The notes under the pieces are model-generated. The model made no database searches and was not told the DNA's origin. It saw only the letters and a list, made by a program, of their open reading frames with translations. Position numbers and translations under genes: made by a program. From Eledone cirrhosa (lineage: Eukaryota), in NCBI GenBank assembly GCA_964016885.1, contig OZ024744.1, positions 116,684,001-116,748,000 of the forward strand: a stretch of DNA of 64,000 nucleotides, in the 5' to 3' direction. Positions 61,001-64,000 of this stretch are shown here, piece after piece (position 1 is the first letter of the stretch; each line of letters opens with the position of its first letter).

Positions 61001-64000
61001 CAATGTGAGATAATTAACAATGTGAGATAATGATAATGTGAGATAATGACAATGTGAGATAATGACAATGTGAGTTAATGACAATGTGAGATAATGACCA
61101 ATGTGAGATAATAACAATGTGAGATAATGAAAATGTGAGATAATGACAATGTGAGATAATGACAATGTGAGATAATGACCAATGTGAGATAATGACCAAC
61201 ATGAGATAATGACCAATGTGTGATAATGACAATGTGAGATAATGACAAAGTGAGATAATGACCAACGTGAGATAATGACAACGTAAGATAATGACAATGT
61301 GAGATAATGACCAATGTGAGATAATTACAATGTGAGATAATGACCAATATGAGATAATGACAATGTGAGATAATGACCAGTGTGAGATAATGACAATGTG
61401 AGATAATGACCAATGTGAGATAATGACCAATGTGAGATAATGACAATGTGAGATAATGACAATGTGAGATAATGACAATGTGAGATAATGACAACGTGAG
61501 ATAATGACCAATGTGAGATAATGACAATGTGAGATAATGACCAACATGAGATAATGACAATGTGAGATAATGACCAATGTGAGATAATGACCAACGTGAG
61601 ATAATGACAATGTGAGATAATGACAATGTAAGATAATGACCAATATGAGATAATTACAATGTGAGATAATGACCAATGTGAGATAATGACCAACGTGAGA
61701 TAATGACGATGTGAGATAATGACCAATGTGAGATAATGACCAAAGTGAGATAATAACCAACGTGAGATAATGACAATGTGAGGTAATGACAATGTGAGAT
61801 AATGACAATGTGAGATAATGACCAATGTGAGATAATGACCAATGTGAGATAATGACAATGTGAGATAATGACAATGTGAGATAATGACCAATATGAGATA
61901 ATGACAATGTGAGATAATGACAATGTGATATAATGACCAATGTGAGATAATGACCAATGTGAGATAATGACCAATGTGAGATAATGACAAAGTGAGATAA
62001 TGACAATGTGAGATAATGACAATGTGAGATAATGACAATGTGAGAAAATGACAATGTGAGATAATGACAATGTGAGATAATGACAATGTGAGATAATGAC
62101 CAATGTGAGATAACGACCAATGTGAGATAATGACAATGTGAGATAATGACAATGTGAGATAATGACCAATATGAGATAATGACAATGTGAGATAATGACA
62201 ATGTGAGATAATGACCAATGTGAGATAATGACCAATGTGAGATGATGACCAATGTGAGATAATGACCAATGTGAGACAATGACAATGTGAGGTAATGACA
62301 ATGTGAGATAATGACAATGTGAGATAATGACAATGTGAGATAATGAGCAATGTGAGATAATTAACAATGTGAGATAATGATAATGTGAGATAATGACAAT
62401 GTGAGATAATGACAATGTGAGTTAATGACAATGTGAGATAATGACCAATGTGAGATAATAACAATGTGAGATAATGAAAATGTGAGATAATGACAATGTG
62501 AGATAATGACAATGTGAGATAATGACCAATGTGAGATAATGACCAACATGAGATAATGACCAATGTGTGATAATGACAATGTGAGATAATGACAAAGTGA
62601 GATAATGACAATGTGAGATAATGACAACGTGAAATAATGACAATGTGATATAATGACCAATGTGAGATAATGACAATGTGAGATAATGACCAATGTGAGA
62701 TAATGACAATGTGAGATAATGACAATGTGAGATAATGACAATGTGAGATAATGACCATGTGAGATAATGACAGTGTGAGATAATGACCAATGTGAGATAA
62801 TGACCAATGTGAGATAATGACCAACGTGAGATAATGACAATGTGAGATAATGACCAACGTGAGATAATGACAATGTGAGATAATGACAATGTGAGATAAT
62901 GACAATGTGAGATAATGACAATGTGAGATAATGACAGTGTGAGATAATGACCAATGTGAGATAATGACCAATGTGAGATAATGACCAACGTGAGATAATG
63001 ACAATGTGAGATAATGACCAATGTGAGATAATGACAATGTGAGATAATGACCAAAGTGAGATAATGACCAATGTGAGATAATGACCAATGTGATATAATG
63101 ACAATGTGAGATAATAACCAATGTGAGATAATGACCAATGTGAGATAATGACAATGTGAGATAATGACCAATGTGAGATAATGACCAAAGTGAGATAATG
63201 ACCAAAGTGAGATAATGACCAATGTGAGATAATGACCAATGTGATATAATGACAATGTGAGATAATGACCAACGTGAGATAATGACAATGTGAGATAATG
63301 ACAATGTGAGATAATGACAATGTGAGATAATGACAATGTGAGATAATGACCAAAGTGAGATAATGACAATGTGAGATAATGACCAATGTGAGATAATGAC
63401 AATGTGAGATAATGACAATGTGAGATAATGACCAATGTGAGATAATGACCAATGTGAGATAATGACCAAAGTGAGATATTGACCAAAGTGAGATAATGAC
63501 CAATGTGAGATAATGACCAATGTGAGATAATGACAATGTGAGATAATGACAATGTGATATAATGACAATGTGAGATAATGACCAATGTGAGATAATGACA
63601 ATGTGAGATAATGACAATGTGAGATAATGACAATGTGAGATAATGACAATGTGAGATAATGACAATGTGAGATAATGACCAAAGTGAGATAATGACAATG
63701 TGAGATAATGACCAATGTGAGATAATGAGAACGTGTGATAATGACTCATGTGAGATAATGAGAACGTGTGATAATGACTCATGTGAGATAATGACAATGT
63801 GAGATAATGACCAATGTGAGATAATGACCAATGCGAGATAATGACAATGTGAGGTAATGACAATGTGAGATAATGACCAATGTGAGATAATGACAATGTG
63901 AGATAATGATAATGTGAGATAATGACAATGTGAGATAATGACCAATGTGAGATAATGACAATGTGAGATAATGACAATGTGAGATAATGACAATGTGAGA
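46000..64000 (+). repeat. Array domain D: variant set CCAAAGTG clusters, CAAGGTG runs, GAGTTAATG, GACCATGTG-GACAGTGTG, GACTCATGTG
   Basis: Duplicated blocks are at offsets 7366 (47985/55351), 1330 (56968/58298), 1347 (61014/62361) and 3548 (60212/63760). Boundaries are approximate. Confidence 0.75.

Larger units (their letters stand above)
1..64000 (+). repeat. Satellite DNA array of interspersed 16-bp (AATGTGAGATAATGAC) and 17-bp (AATGTGAGATAATGACC) monomers, running to both window edges
   Basis: The monomer is read directly throughout the window in one orientation. The 16-mer is A7 T4 G4 C1, strongly purine-skewed on +. Deviations are scattered substitutions and rare indels. The only interruptions are three 83-bp inserts. 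Confidence 0.99.

Noticed and set aside
349-63993. All minus-strand ORFs in the track as protein-coding genes (His/Cys-rich repeat proteins, zinc-finger-like)
   Set aside because: They overlap in all three frames with the same cyclic peptide. The repeat period is not a multiple of 3, and constant 16/17 switching shifts frames freely. Most starts are alternative codons inside monomers, and there is no unique domain.
1-64000. Telomerase-made telomeric repeat with a long unit
   Set aside because: There is no G-run motif, and variant patterns are copied in kb-scale blocks, indicating recombinational amplification rather than templated addition. Chromosomal position cannot be seen from the window.
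1-64000. Calling the array centromeric or nucleosome-phased (10 monomers is about 165 bp)
   Set aside because: No regular 10-monomer period is visible, and one 166-bp duplication is not enough. Centromere function needs CENP-A data.
1-64000. Whole window as a sequencing or rolling-circle artefact
   Set aside because: Ordered domain-specific variants, stepwise landmark evolution and filled/empty insertion sites indicate real history. Individual near-identical kb blocks could still be misassembled.

Overview
The whole 64 kb window is one non-coding, head-to-tail satellite array. It is built from two interspersed monomers, a 16-mer AATGTGAGATAATGAC and a 17-mer AATGTGAGATAATGACC, roughly 3,900 units estimated from length, and I saw no inversion. 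The only non-satellite DNA is an 83-bp insert present in three identical copies (4714-4796, 8659-8741, 11080-11162). From memory it resembles a truncated, reverse-oriented tRNA-derived SINE of the kind abundant in octopus genomes; this needs a database check. Each insert sits between two copies of a 14-bp near-duplication, and the matching empty sites occur later in the same array (19784, 22064, 26756). Rare monomer variants reveal kb-scale higher-order duplications and about four sequence domains. All ORFs in the track are artefacts: the minus strand of the consensus monomer has no stop codon in any frame. I find no genes, RNA genes or CRISPR array, and no evidence for a novel protein-coding system. 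The interest lies in satellite architecture and evolution.
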